Source: Cyanophora paradoxa CCMP329 (taxonomy: Eukaryota; Plantae; Glaucophyta). Taken from it: a stretch of DNA of 64,000 nucleotides. A program made the translations under genes and the position numbers. The stretch covers positions 186,001-250,000 of the forward strand of contig QPMI01000553.1 of assembly GCA_004431415.1 (NCBI GenBank), in the 5' to 3' direction. Shown here one piece after another: positions 50,401 to 62,400 of the stretch (position 1 is the stretch's first letter; every line of letters starts with the position of its first letter). The notes under the pieces are model-generated. The model had not been told where the DNA came from. It did no database searches and saw nothing but the letters and a program-made list of their open reading frames with translations.

Positions 50401-53400
50401 TGGAAGTTGATCTGGAATACCCAATAAGGCTATATCTAGACCACAGTGATTTCCCCCTAATTATTAACAAGAAAATAGTAGAATATGCGGAATTATCACA
50501 ATATCAAAAGAGCCTGTTGGATCTTTCAGGAGAAGAGCTTGATAAGACCCCTAAGCTAACTGCAACCTTTGGTTCTGTGGCAAACTATGTGATTTCTGAG
50601 CCTCTTCTGCAATATCTGTTGGACAAAGGTGTGAAATTAAAGAAAATTCACAGGGTCCTCTCATTTACTGTGGCTCCTGTAATGAAACCCTACATTGAGC
50701 TGAATACTGAGATGAGAAGGAAAGCAGTGAATAAATTCGAGGCTGATTTCTATAAACTCATGAATAACTCAATCTATGGGAAATGCATTGAATCTTGCAG
50801 AGGTAGATCTGTGGTTAAGATTGCAAACAGTGAGAAACTGTTTATGAAATATGCAGCTTCCCCATTGGTGAAATCAACAAGTCCCATAAACGAAAAAGCA
50901 GTTGCCTTTGAGTTTTACACAAAGCATGTGAAACTAGATAAGCCTGTTGCAATTGGGGCTTATGTTTTGGATGCAGCCAAACTGCATAATTACCAGTTCT
51001 TCTATGATACTGTAAGGTCCCAATGGACAAAAGCAAAGTTACTATTCCATGATACTGACTCCTTCTGTCTATATATTGAATCTAAGACCTTACAAAAAGA
51101 TATAGAGAATATATCTTATGCCTTGGACCTAGGGGGATCTAACAGAATGACCCCAGGTAAATACAAAAATGAAATGCCTGGCTCTGCAATATTGGAGTAT
51201 GTAGGTCTGAGAGCAAAAGTTTACAGTTTCAGAACTGCTGAGATTGAGAGGAGTAAGCTCTCTGGGACTTCCACTGAGGAACTCCAATTTAATGATTTTA
51301 AGCAGTGTTTATTTGCAGGTATCAGCAAGACTGTGACTGCAAAGCAGAAGAGAAGGGCAGATCACACAATAATAGATACCGTGAGTAGAAGGGTTGCCCT
51401 AAACTGCTTTGATGCAAAGAGATACATCTTACCAGATGGTATTAATTCTGTTCCTTTTAATTAAGAGATGCCAGCAACTGGAAGAATAGTTAGGAGAACC
51501 ACTGAGCAACTACAAGGTAACCTACTGCCTATCACAGTTCCAAAGGAGGAAAAAGGGGAATCTCGAATTGTCAAAAAATCAGAGATGAAAGAGCTTGTCC
51601 CTGTGGAGATCCCAGTTGCTATTGCAGTGAAAGAAACTAGCAAGATTGCCAAGAGATTCTATGATGTGAGAACTGGTTACAAAGGGCTTCAAGCTATGAG
51701 GGCTGAGTTACCAGATGAATCCTATAAGCAGTTGCAAGAGTTCTATAAAAAACAAGAGGTAGTTCAGATCAATGCACCTGCTATATCTAGGAAGAGAGAT
51801 CCCATGGTTCCAATAAGGCAACCCCTTGATACCTATGTGATTGATTTGCTCTTTTTCCCAGCTTATAAGAAACAAAACAATGGCTATGATACCTTTATGA
51901 CTGCTATGGAATCAACACTGAGAACTGGATATATCATACCTATAAGAGATAAATCAGCTCTCACTACATTAGCTGCATTTAAGCAGCTTGAAATGAGAGT
52001 GGCAAGACCCATAGTAAAAGTTCAATCAGATGCTGGGAGTGAGTTCCAAAATCGAATATTCCAGGAGTATTTATCTAGTAAATTCATAGAACACCAAGTG
52101 AGTGGAACTGCTGACCATAGAAGCCAAGGTCGAATTGAAGCCTTTAACAAGCAGATTAAGAGACTGATCACAAACTACTGCATAGCTAATAACACAGCTA
52201 GATTCTTTGATGTGTTAGGTGATATTGAGTATAATTACAATAATACAGTTCACTCAGCTACTAAGATGAAGCCAGGCGAAACTACAGAGGAGCATTATAG
52301 GTATATAGTGGGATTAGAAGATGAAAGATTCAAGAAATCAATAGCTTACCTTGATACCATGCAGCCAGGCATGTTTGTTAGAGTGAAAGTTGAGAAAAAT
52401 GCCTTTGCTAAACAGGGTAACAATTGGTCTAGGATGGTTTACACTGTTGATAGTAGGGAAGGCTTTAAGTTTAAGCTAAGGAGTCCCACTGGTGAGATCA
52501 TAGAAAACAGGTTTGCTTTCCATGAGCTGTTACCTGTGAATTCAGTTGAGTATCTGGAAACACCTACAGTGGATGCATTAGAGCAAGCCAAAGAGGAAGC
52601 CAAGGTTGATGCTGCTATAAGGAGAGAAGGCATAGAAGCTGCTAATGAAGTCCCAGATAAGCCTTTGATAGAGGCTAGAAAGGAGAAGACTGGCAAGGTT
52701 AATAGGGAACTCAAAAAGCTCACTATAGCAGGGACACAGAAACTTTCTGAGGTTAATAGCCAGAGATGGTATAATGACTTTCAGACTACTAAGGAGTCAT
52801 ATACAGCCCCTAAACCTCAGAGAACACTAAGAGAAAGGACCAAAACTAGCTAGTTTGCTAGGCAAAAACTCGTTTTTTCCAAATATATGTATGACTGATA
52901 TACATATATGCACATGATATACACATAGTCTTGTAGATCTTATCAAGCGCTTCACAGCGATATGCAGAACGTTGCGTTTTGATGATCTGGTGATGAGATA
53001 TAACAGTTTGAAGATGCAAAAGTCACTTGCCATAGTAGACTTGGTGAAACACTAGCCCAGGAGTCGACTAGATGGCAAGCCGTTTTTGGCTCAGAGAATA
53101 AAGCGCTAGATTACTGACTCAGAACTACGAGGTTCAAATCCGACCGGGAACCTTTACTTCGTTCGCCGTGAAACTTGAAAAGTAAAAAAAAACCGCGGTT
53201 TTTTCTAGATTAATGCTGTACCCGTCTAGAAACTCACTATTCACGTTTGCTACGATATCTCAACACCACATGCTCAAATCGATGCGCTTAAAACGTCATA
53301 AAATCGAGCATTTTAAGGCGGTCACAGCGCTACTATCACATCTAGGATTTTCGATACCTGTGACTCCAAATCGCGATGAAACCGATTTTGAATTTTGATT

Positions 53401-56400
53401 TTAAATTCGATTAAAATCCATTAAACGTGAGTTTTTAATACAGATCACCAGGAAGTTATCAAATCGATACACCAACGATTCAATATAATCACCAATATCA
53501 TACATAACAATAAATTGCAATCACATCTACGAATCTCGATGTGTATACATCGCTATTACGATTAAACCGATTTTGAAAATTCAAAACTAATTCGATTAAA
53601 TTCGATTATAACGAAAGAGTTAAAGATCTACATCAAATACTTATCAACTCAATCACCTGATAACATCGAATAATCAACCCAAATCTACTTTAGAGATAAT
53701 CGTGATTACATATGTGAAATCATCAATCTAACACTGCATTTAGTAAGCATCTCCCCTTGATTCCCCCTATTATATTATATTTATATTTAAGTGGACTCAA
53801 GGTTGACTCATATTAATCGTAAAAGTAGTAATAGTATATGGATTTTGTTACGAATTCAATGCAAGGGTTGACTAAGTGGGTTGAGTTGACTCAAATTTCA
53901 CAGGAAATATTTGGGACCTAAACTTTTCTAAAAAGGATTTCAAAAAATGTGTCAGCTCCCCCCACTTAGTCAACCCTGACCATAAACAGTAAGGATTTGA
54001 GCTAACATGTATCACAAAGTGAACATTTTGAGTCCACTTAGAAGATCCACTTTTGAAATCCAAGTTGATTTTGCTTGAAATTTCAAAGTTGATCTAAAAG
54101 TGAGTCCACCCTGATTGATTATGGTAACAAAGTTGACTAAGTTGACTAAGTTGAGTCATCTTAAGAAATTCAAAGAGACTAAGAGTTCAAAATGTTTATG
54201 AAAAGTGAGTCAACTTAGACCACTTATGATAACAAAGTTAAATATTTAATTGATTTAATCGGAAAAGAACATGATTTAATCGAATTTATTGATATAATTC
54301 CGATTAGATTCATTTAGGATTCAATTAAGATCAATCGAAGTTATTGATATAATTCCGATTAACTACAATTAAGATACAATATCGATTAATCGAGTTTATC
54401 GATATAACATCGATTAAATTAATTGAAAATGCATGTAAAAATATGAAAATTCAGGTGAAAATTCAAATAAATTAATCGATTTTATTGATATAACATCGAA
54501 TCACACATATGAATATTCATATTTTAATCCTGAGGCGGAACGCCGAGGGATTAAAATATGAATATTCATATGTGTCCCGCCGGCGTCGACGTCAGCGCGA
54601 TGCCGGAGCTCGGGTCGCTCGGCAGCGACGCCGCGAGCGGAGCCGAGGCGGGGCCCGCGACGCCGTTGCTGTCGAACGGCACCACCTGCAGGGCCGAGGC
54701 GCCGCCGTTGGTCGGCAGGCCCGGGACGGGGACGGAGGTCTGGTTGCCGGCGACCGAGGCCACAGGTTTGCCGTCCTTGAGGACGGTGTACGAGGCGGGC
54801 GAGCCCGAGGCCGGGCGCTTCCACGAGAGGGTGGCGGAGCCGGGGCCGCTGCCGTTGAAGCTGCTGAGGGCGAGGCTCGACGGGGCGAGGGGGCTCGGGG
54901 CCGGCGCGTCCACGCCCGAGCCAGCAATGCCCGCGCCGGGGCCGGACGAGGGACCGTAGGGGCCAGCGCCAGCGGTGCCGTAGCCAGGCGCACCCGCGCC
55001 ACTGTAGGCGGGCGCCGGGCCCGAGCCACTGGTCGCGGTGTTCGAGGCCGGGCCGACCGCGCCGTTCGACGCGACCGGCGCAACCTGGTAGACGCTGCCG
55101 GGCTCGCCGCTCTTGGGCGAGACGTCGAACGAGGTCTCGCTCGCCGGGACGGTGCCGAGGACCTTGCCGTCGCCGATCACCATGTAGCTCGCGGGGCGTC
55201 CCACGCGCGGACGGCTCCACGAGAGGCGGCCCGACGAGCCGAAGAGGCCCGACGAGCTGGTCAGCTGCAGGTTCGACGGCGCCATGTCCGCGGGGCTCGC
55301 GCGGCCCGCGCCGGAGCCGGCCGGGTACGAGGCGAGCGGCACGCTGTTGCTGGCGGGCCCGCGGGGCTGCCCGACGACGACAGCGGCACCACCGAGAAGT
55401 TCGAGTTGGCGGCCGCGCTCGGGGTGAGGCCCTTGGGCGCGAAGGTGTTGACGCCCGACGGCGAGGCCTTGGCGGTCGCGATCTGGCGGCCGTCCTGCAG
55501 GACGCCGAAGCTGCCGCGCGAAATCGCGTCAGCGCCCCGCGGCACAGCGAAAATCGCGTCGCGCGCGAAACACGGCTGCCGCACCTCGGGACGTTGCCCA
55601 GGCCGCTCGGCGTGGTCCACGCCAGCAGCGCGCTCGGGCTGGAGCCGGAGCCCGCCGGCGTCGACGTCAGCGCGATGCCGGAGCTCGGGTCGCTCGGCAG
55701 CGACGCCGCGAGCGGAGCCGAGGCGGGGCCCGCGACGCCGTTGCTGTCGAACGGCACCACCTGCAGGGCCGAGGCGCCGCCGTTGGTCGGCAGGCCCGGG
55801 ACGGGGACGGAGGTCTGGTTGCCGGCGACCGAGGCCACAGGCTTGCCGTCCTTGAGGACGGTGAACGAGGCGGGCGAGCCCGAGGCCGGGCGCTTCCACG
55901 AGAGGGTGGCGGAGCCGGGGCCGCTGCCGTTGAAGCTGCTGAGGGCGAGGCTCGACGGGGCGAGGGGGCTCGGGGCCGGCGCGTCCACGCCCGAGCCAGC
56001 GATGCCCGCGCCGGGACTGGACGGGCTTGAAGGCCCGAAGCCCCCGGCAAAGCTGCCAGAACCAAGGCCAGCAGGGGCGGGGGACGGCGAGGTCGCGCGC
56101 CCATACGAGTCGCTGCGCGGGCTAGTCGCCGAGGCGTACAGCCCGTCCGAGCCCGAAGCCGCGCCGCCGTACCCGGCCCCGGCCAGAGCGGCCGCACCAA
56201 CGCCGGCGTACGGGCCCGGTCCGAAGCCGGATCCGGCGCCGCTGCCGCCGCTGACGGGGCTCGAGGCCGGGCCGACCGCGCCGTTCGACGCGACCGGAGC
56301 AACCTGGTAGACGCTGCCGGGCTCGCCGCTCTTGGGCGAGACGTCGAACGAGGTCTCGCTCGCCGGGACGGTGCCGAGGACCTTGCCGTCGCCGATCACC

Positions 56401-59400
56401 ATGTAGCTCGCGGGGCGTCCCACGCGCGGCGGGCTCCACGAGAGGCGGCCCGACGAGCTGAAGAGGCCCGGCGAGCTGGTCAGCTGCAGGTTCGACGGCG
56501 CCATGTCCGCGGGGCTCGCGGGGCCCGCGCCGGAGCCGGCCGGGTACGAGGCGAGCGGCACGCTGTTGCTGGCGGGGCCCGCGGGGCTGCCCGACGACGA
56601 CAGCGGCACCACCGAGAAGTACGAGTTGGCGGCCGCGCTCGGGTGAGGCCCTTGGGCGCGAAGGTGTTGACGCCCGACGGCGAGGCCTTGGCGGTCGCGA
56701 TCTGGCGGCCGTCCTGCAGGACGCCGAAGCTGCCGCGCGAAATCGCGTCAGCGCCCCGCGGCACAGCGAAAATCGCGTGGCGCGCGAAACACGGCTGCCG
56801 CACCTCGGGACGTTGCCCAGGCCGCTCGGCGTGGTCCACGCCAGCAGCGCGCTCGGGCTGGAGCCGGAGCCCGCCGGCGTCGACGTCAGCGCGATGCCGG
56901 AGCTCGGGTCGCTCGGCAGCGATGCCGCGAGCGGAGCCGAGGCGGGGCCTGCGACGCCGTTGCTGTCGAACGGCACCACCTGCAGGGCCGAGGCGCCGCC
57001 GTTGGTCGGCAGGCCCGGGACGGGGACGGAGGTCTGGTTGCCGGCGACCGAGGCCACAGGCTTGCCGTCCTTGAGGACGGTGTACGAGGCGGGCGAGCCC
57101 GAGGCCGGGCGCTTCCACGAGAGGGTGGCGGAGCCGGGGCCGCTGCCGTTGAAGCTGCTGAGGGCGAGGCTCGACGGGGCGAGGGGGCTCGGGGCCGGCG
57201 CGTCCACGCCCGAGCCAGCGATGCCCGCGCCGGGGCCGGAAGAGGGACCGTAGGGGCCAGCGCCAGCGGTGCCATAGCCAGGCGCACCCGCGCCACTGTA
57301 GGCGGGCGCGGGGCCCGAGCCACTGGTCGCGGTGTTCGAGGCCGGGCCGACCGCGCCGTTCGACGCGACCGGCGCAACCTGGTAGACGCTGCCGGGCTCG
57401 CCGCTCTTGGGCGAGACGTCGAACGAGGTCTCGCTCGCCGGGACGGTGCCGAGGACCTTGCCGTCGCCGATCACCATGTAGCTCGCGGGGCGTCCCACGC
57501 GCGGACGGCTCCACGAGAGGCGGCCCGACGAGCCGAAGAGGCCCGGCGAGCTGGTCAGCTGCAGGTTCGACGGCGCCATGTCCGCGGGGCTCGCGGGGCC
57601 CGCGCTGGAGCCGGCCGGGTACGAGGCGAGCGGCACGCTGTTGCTGGCGGGGCCCGCGGGGCTGCCCGACGACGACAGCGGCACCACCGAGAAGTACGAG
57701 TTGGCGGCCGCGCTCGGGTGAGGCCCTTGGGCGCGAAGGTGTTGACGCCCGACGGCGAGGCCTTGGCGGTCGCGACCTGGCGGCCGTCCTGCAGGACGCC
57801 GAAGCTGCCGCGCGAAATCGCGTCAGCGCCCCGCGGCACCGCGGAAATCGCGTCGCGCGCGAAACACGGCTGCCGCACCTCGGGACGTTGCCCAGGCCGC
57901 TCGGCGTGGTCCACGCCAGCAGCGCGCTCGGGCTGGAGCCGGAGCCCGCCGGCGTCGACGTCAGCGCGATGCCGGAGCTCGGGTCGCTCGGCAGCGATGC
58001 CGCGAGCGGAGCCGAGGCGGGGCCTGCGACGCCGTTGCTGTCGAACGGCACCACCTGCAGGGCCGAGGCGCCGCCGTTGGTCGGCAGGCCCGGGACGGGG
58101 ACGGAGGTCTGGTTGCCGGCGACCGAGGCCACAGGCTTGCCGTCCTTGAGGACGGTGAACGAGGCGGGCGAGCCCGAGGCCGGGCGCTTCCACGAGAGGG
58201 TGGCGGAGCCGGGGCCGCTGCCGTTGAAGCTGCTGAGGGCGAGGCTCGACGGGGCGAGGGGGCTCGGGGCCGGCGCGTCCACGCCCGAGCCAGCGATGCC
58301 CGCGCCGGGGCCGGAAGAGGGACCGTAGGGGCCAGCGCCAGCGGTGCCGTAGCCAGGCGCACCCGCGCCACTGTAGGCGGGCGCCGGGCCCGAGCCACTG
58401 GTCGCGGTGTTCGAGGCCGGGCCGACCGCGCCGTTCGACGCGACCGGCGCAACCTGGTAGACGCTGCCGGGCTCGCCGCTCTTGGGCGAGACGTCGAACG
58501 AGGTCTCGCTCGCCGGGACGGTGCCGAGGACCTTGCCGTCGCCGATCACCATGTAGCTCGCGGGGCGTCCCACGCGCGGACGGCTCCACGAGAGGCGGCC
58601 CGACGAGCCGAAGAGGCCCGGCGAGCTGGTCAGCTGCAGGTTCGACGGCGCCATGTCCGCGGGGCTCGCGGGGCCCGCGCCGGAGCCGGCCGGGTACGAG
58701 GCGAGCGGCACGCTGTTGCTGGCGGGGCCCGCGGGGCTGCCCGACGACGACAGCGGCACCACCGAGAAGTACGAGTTGGCGGCCGCGCTCGGGGTGAGGC
58801 CCTTGGGCGCGAAGGTGTTGACGCCCGACGGCGAGGCCTTGGCGGTCGCGATCTGGCGGCCGTCCTGCAGGACGCCGAAGCTGCCGCGCGAAATCGCGTC
58901 AGCGCCCCGCGGCACAGCGAAAATCGCGTCGCGCGCGAAACACGGCTGCCGCACCTCGGGACGTTGCCCATGCCGCTCGGCGTGGTCCACGCCAGCAGCG
59001 CGCTCGGGCTGGAGCCGGAGCCCGCCGGCGTCGACGTCAGCGCGATGCCGGAGCTCGGGTCGCTCGGCAGCGATGCCGCGAGCGGAGCCGAGGCGGGGCC
59101 CGCGACGCCGTTGCTGTCGAACGGCACCACCTGCAGGGCCGAGGCGCCGCCGTTGGTCGGCAGGCCCGGGACGGGGACGGAGGTCTGGTTGCCGGCGACC
59201 GAGGCCACACGCTTGCCGTCCTTGAGGACGGTGTACGAGGCGGGCGAGCCCGAGGCCGGGCGCTTCCACGAGAGGGTGGCGGAGCCGGGGCCGCTGCCGT
59301 TGAAGCTGCTGAGGGCGAGGCTCGACGGGGCGAGGGGGCTCGGGGCCGGCGCGTCCACGCCCGAGCCAGCGATGCCCGCGCCGGGACTGGACGGGCTTGA

Positions 59401-62400
59401 AGGCCCGAAGCCCCCGGCAAAGCTGCCAGAACCAAGGCCAGCAGGGGCGGGGGACGGCGAGGTCGCGCGCCCATACGAGTCGCTGCGCGGGCTAGTCGCC
59501 GAGGCGTACAGCCCGTCCGAGCCCGAAGCCGCGCCGCCGTACCCAGCTCCGGCCAGAGCGGCCGCTCCAACGCCGGCATAGGGGCCCGGTCCGAAGCCGG
59601 ATCCGACGCCGCTGCCGCCGCTGACGGGGCTCGAGGCCGGGCCGACCGCGCCGTTCGACGCGACCGGCGCAACCTGGTAGACGCTGCCGGGCTCGCCGCT
59701 CTTGGGCGAGACGTCGAACGAGGTCTCGCTCGCCGGGACGGTGCCGAGGACCTTGCCGTCGCCGATCACCATGTAGCTCGCGGGGCGTCCCACGCGCGGC
59801 GGGCTCCACGAGAGGCGGCCCGACGAGCTGAAGAGGCCCGGCGAGCTGGTCAGCTGCAGGTTCGACGGCGCCATGTCCGCGGGGCTCGCGGGGCCCGCGC
59901 CGGAGCCGGCCGGGTACGAGGCGAGCGGCACGCTGTTGCTGGCGGGGCCCGCGGGGCTGCCCGACGACGACAGCGGCACCACCGAGAAGTACGAGTTGGC
60001 GGCCGCGCTCGGGGTGAGGCCCTTGGGCGCGAAGGTGTTGACGCCCGACGGCGAGGCCTTGGCGGTCGCGATCTGGCGGCCGTCCTGCAGGACGCCGAAG
60101 CTGCCGCGCGAAATCGCGTCAGCGCCCCGCGGCACAGCGAAAATCGCGTCGCGCGCGAAACACGGCTGCCGCACCTCGGGACGTTGCCCAGGCCGCTCGG
60201 CGTGGTCCACGCCAGCAGCGCGCTCGGGCTGGAGCCGGAGCCCGCCGGCGTCGACGTCAGCGCGATGCCGGAGCTCGGGTCGCTCGGCAGCGACGCCGCG
60301 AGCGGAGCCGAGGCGGGGCCCGCGACGCCGTTGCTGTCGAACGGCACCACCTGCAGGGCCGAGGCGCCGCCGTTGGTCGGCAGGCCCGGGACGGGGACGG
60401 AGGTCTGGTTGCCGGCGACCGAGGCCACAGGCTTGCCGTCCTTGAGGACGGTGTACGAGGCGGGCGAGCCCGAGGCCGGGCGCTTCCACAAGAGGGTGGC
60501 GGAGCCGGGGCCGCTGCCGTTGAAGCTGCTGAGGGCGAGGCTCGACGGGGCGAGGGGGCTCGGGGCCGGCGCGTCCACGCCCGAGCCAGCGATGCCCGCG
60601 CCGGGGCCGGACGAGGGACCGTAGGGGTAGAAACTTCCAGGAACAAGTGCTTCTCCCGCTCCGTTGTATGGACTGGGAGCGGGGCCCGAGCCACTGCTTG
60701 TCGGATTGGAGAAGGGACCCATAGTTCCGAAGCTGTCCAGCGGCACGACTTGGTAGACGCTGCCGGGCTCGCCGCTCTTGGGCGAGACGTCGAACGACGT
60801 TTGGATCGCGGGGACGGCTCCAAGGAACTGACCATCTCCAAGGACGGCGTAGCTTGCCGGGTTCCCGGCACGCGGCCGGGTCCACGACAAGGTGCTGGAG
60901 GAGAAAAGGCCCGGAGCAGTTGTTAGCTGCAGATTCGTCGGCATCATCTCCGCGGGGCTAGCCGGACCCGCTCCCGATCCCGCTGCATAAGAGGCGAGCG
61001 GGACGCTGTTGCTGCTCTGCCCAACGGGAGAGCCATTCGGAGAAAGACCAATGACGGAGAAGCGGGAGGTTACTGATGCGCCCGGCGATAAACCCTTGAC
61101 AACGAAGGAGTTCACGCCGGTCAGTGACGACGGTAGAGTTGTGATCTTGTTCCCGTCTTGCATAACAGCGAAGCTGGTTGTTTGCATTAGCCTAAGAGAA
61201 CGGCCAACGAAAGATATAAAAACGAAATGCATTGTCAAACCTTGCTAGGCCGCCGGCGTCAGAATCGAGAGCAGCGGCAGGGGTTGTCCAAGACAGGAAA
61301 GCGCTCGGGCTGGAGCCGGAGCCCGCCGGCGTCGACGTCAGCGCGATGCCGGAGCTCGGGTCGCTCGGCAGCGACGCCGCGAGCGGAGCCGAGGCGGGGC
61401 CCGCGACGCCGTTGCTGTCGAACGGCACCACCTGCAGGGCCGAGGCGCCGCCGTTGGTCGGCAGGCCCGGGACGGGGACGGAGGTCTGGTTGCCGGCGAC
61501 CGAGGCCACAGGCTTGCCGTCCTTGAGGACGGTGTACGAGGCGGGCGTGCCCGAGGCCGGGCGCTTCCACGAGAGGGTGGCGGAGCCGGGGCCGCTGCCG
61601 TTGAAGCTGCTGAGGGCGAGGCTCGACGGGGCGAGGGGGCTCGATGCGGGCACGTCGACGCCTGATCCGGCGACGCCTGCGCCAGGTCCGGAAGAGGGAC
61701 CCGATGGGCCGAAAGGAACGGAAAGTGAGGCGGGACTTGGGGAGCCAACTGTGGCAGAGCTGCCGAAGGCTGGGCTTGTGGCAGGGCCAACAGCGCCACT
61801 TTCCGCAACTGGAAGAACTTGGAAAACGTTGTTTGGCGCAATGTCCCGAACTTCGTACAAAGTTTGGCTGGCCGGGACGGTGCCGAGGACCTTGCCGTCG
61901 CAAACGACCGCATAGCTTGCAGGGCTTCCAATACGCGGCGGGCTCCACGAGAGGCGGCCCGACGAGCCGAAGAGGCCCGGCGAGCTGGTCAGCTGCAGGT
62001 TCGACGGCGCCATGTCCGCGGGGCTTGCGCGGCCCGCGCCGGAGCCGGCCGGGTACGAGGCGAGCGGCACGCTGTTGCTGGCGGGGCCCGCGGGGCTGCC
62101 CGACGACGACAGCGGCACCACCGAGAAGTACGAGTTGGCGGCCGCGCTCGGGGTGAGGCCCTTGGGCGCGAAGGTGTTGACGCCCGACGGCGAGGCCTTG
62201 GCGGTCGCGATCTGGCGGCCGTCCTGCAGGACGCCGAAGCTGCCGCGCGAAATCGCGTCAGCGCCCCGCGGCACAGCGAAAATCGGTTCGCGCGCGAAAC
62301 ACGGCTGCCGCACCTCGGGACGTTGCCCAGGCCGCTCGGCGTGGTCCACGCCAGCAGCGCGCTCGGGCTGGAGCCGGAGCCCGCCGGCGTCGACGTCAGC

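Larger units (their letters stand above)
26021..54575. mobile_element. Complete endogenous Polinton-like virus / Maverick-type element (28,555 bp)
   Basis: Abrupt switch to AT-rich, intronless, densely packed genes. 6-bp TSD CCCGCC at 26015-26020 and 54576-54581. ~830-bp TIRs. Encodes PolB, rve integrase, A32-like ATPase, and MCP- and penton-like proteins. Confidence 0.95.

Noticed and set aside
53080-53152. Functional tRNA-Ser(ACT)
   Set aside because: Anticodon and T stems are mostly unpaired and the D-loop GG is missing; kept only as tRNA-like.
26021-54575. Bacterial prophage or contaminant/chimeric join
   Set aside because: Exact TSD in a host exon, TIRs and Polinton-type PolB, integrase and ATPase indicate real integration of a eukaryotic virus.
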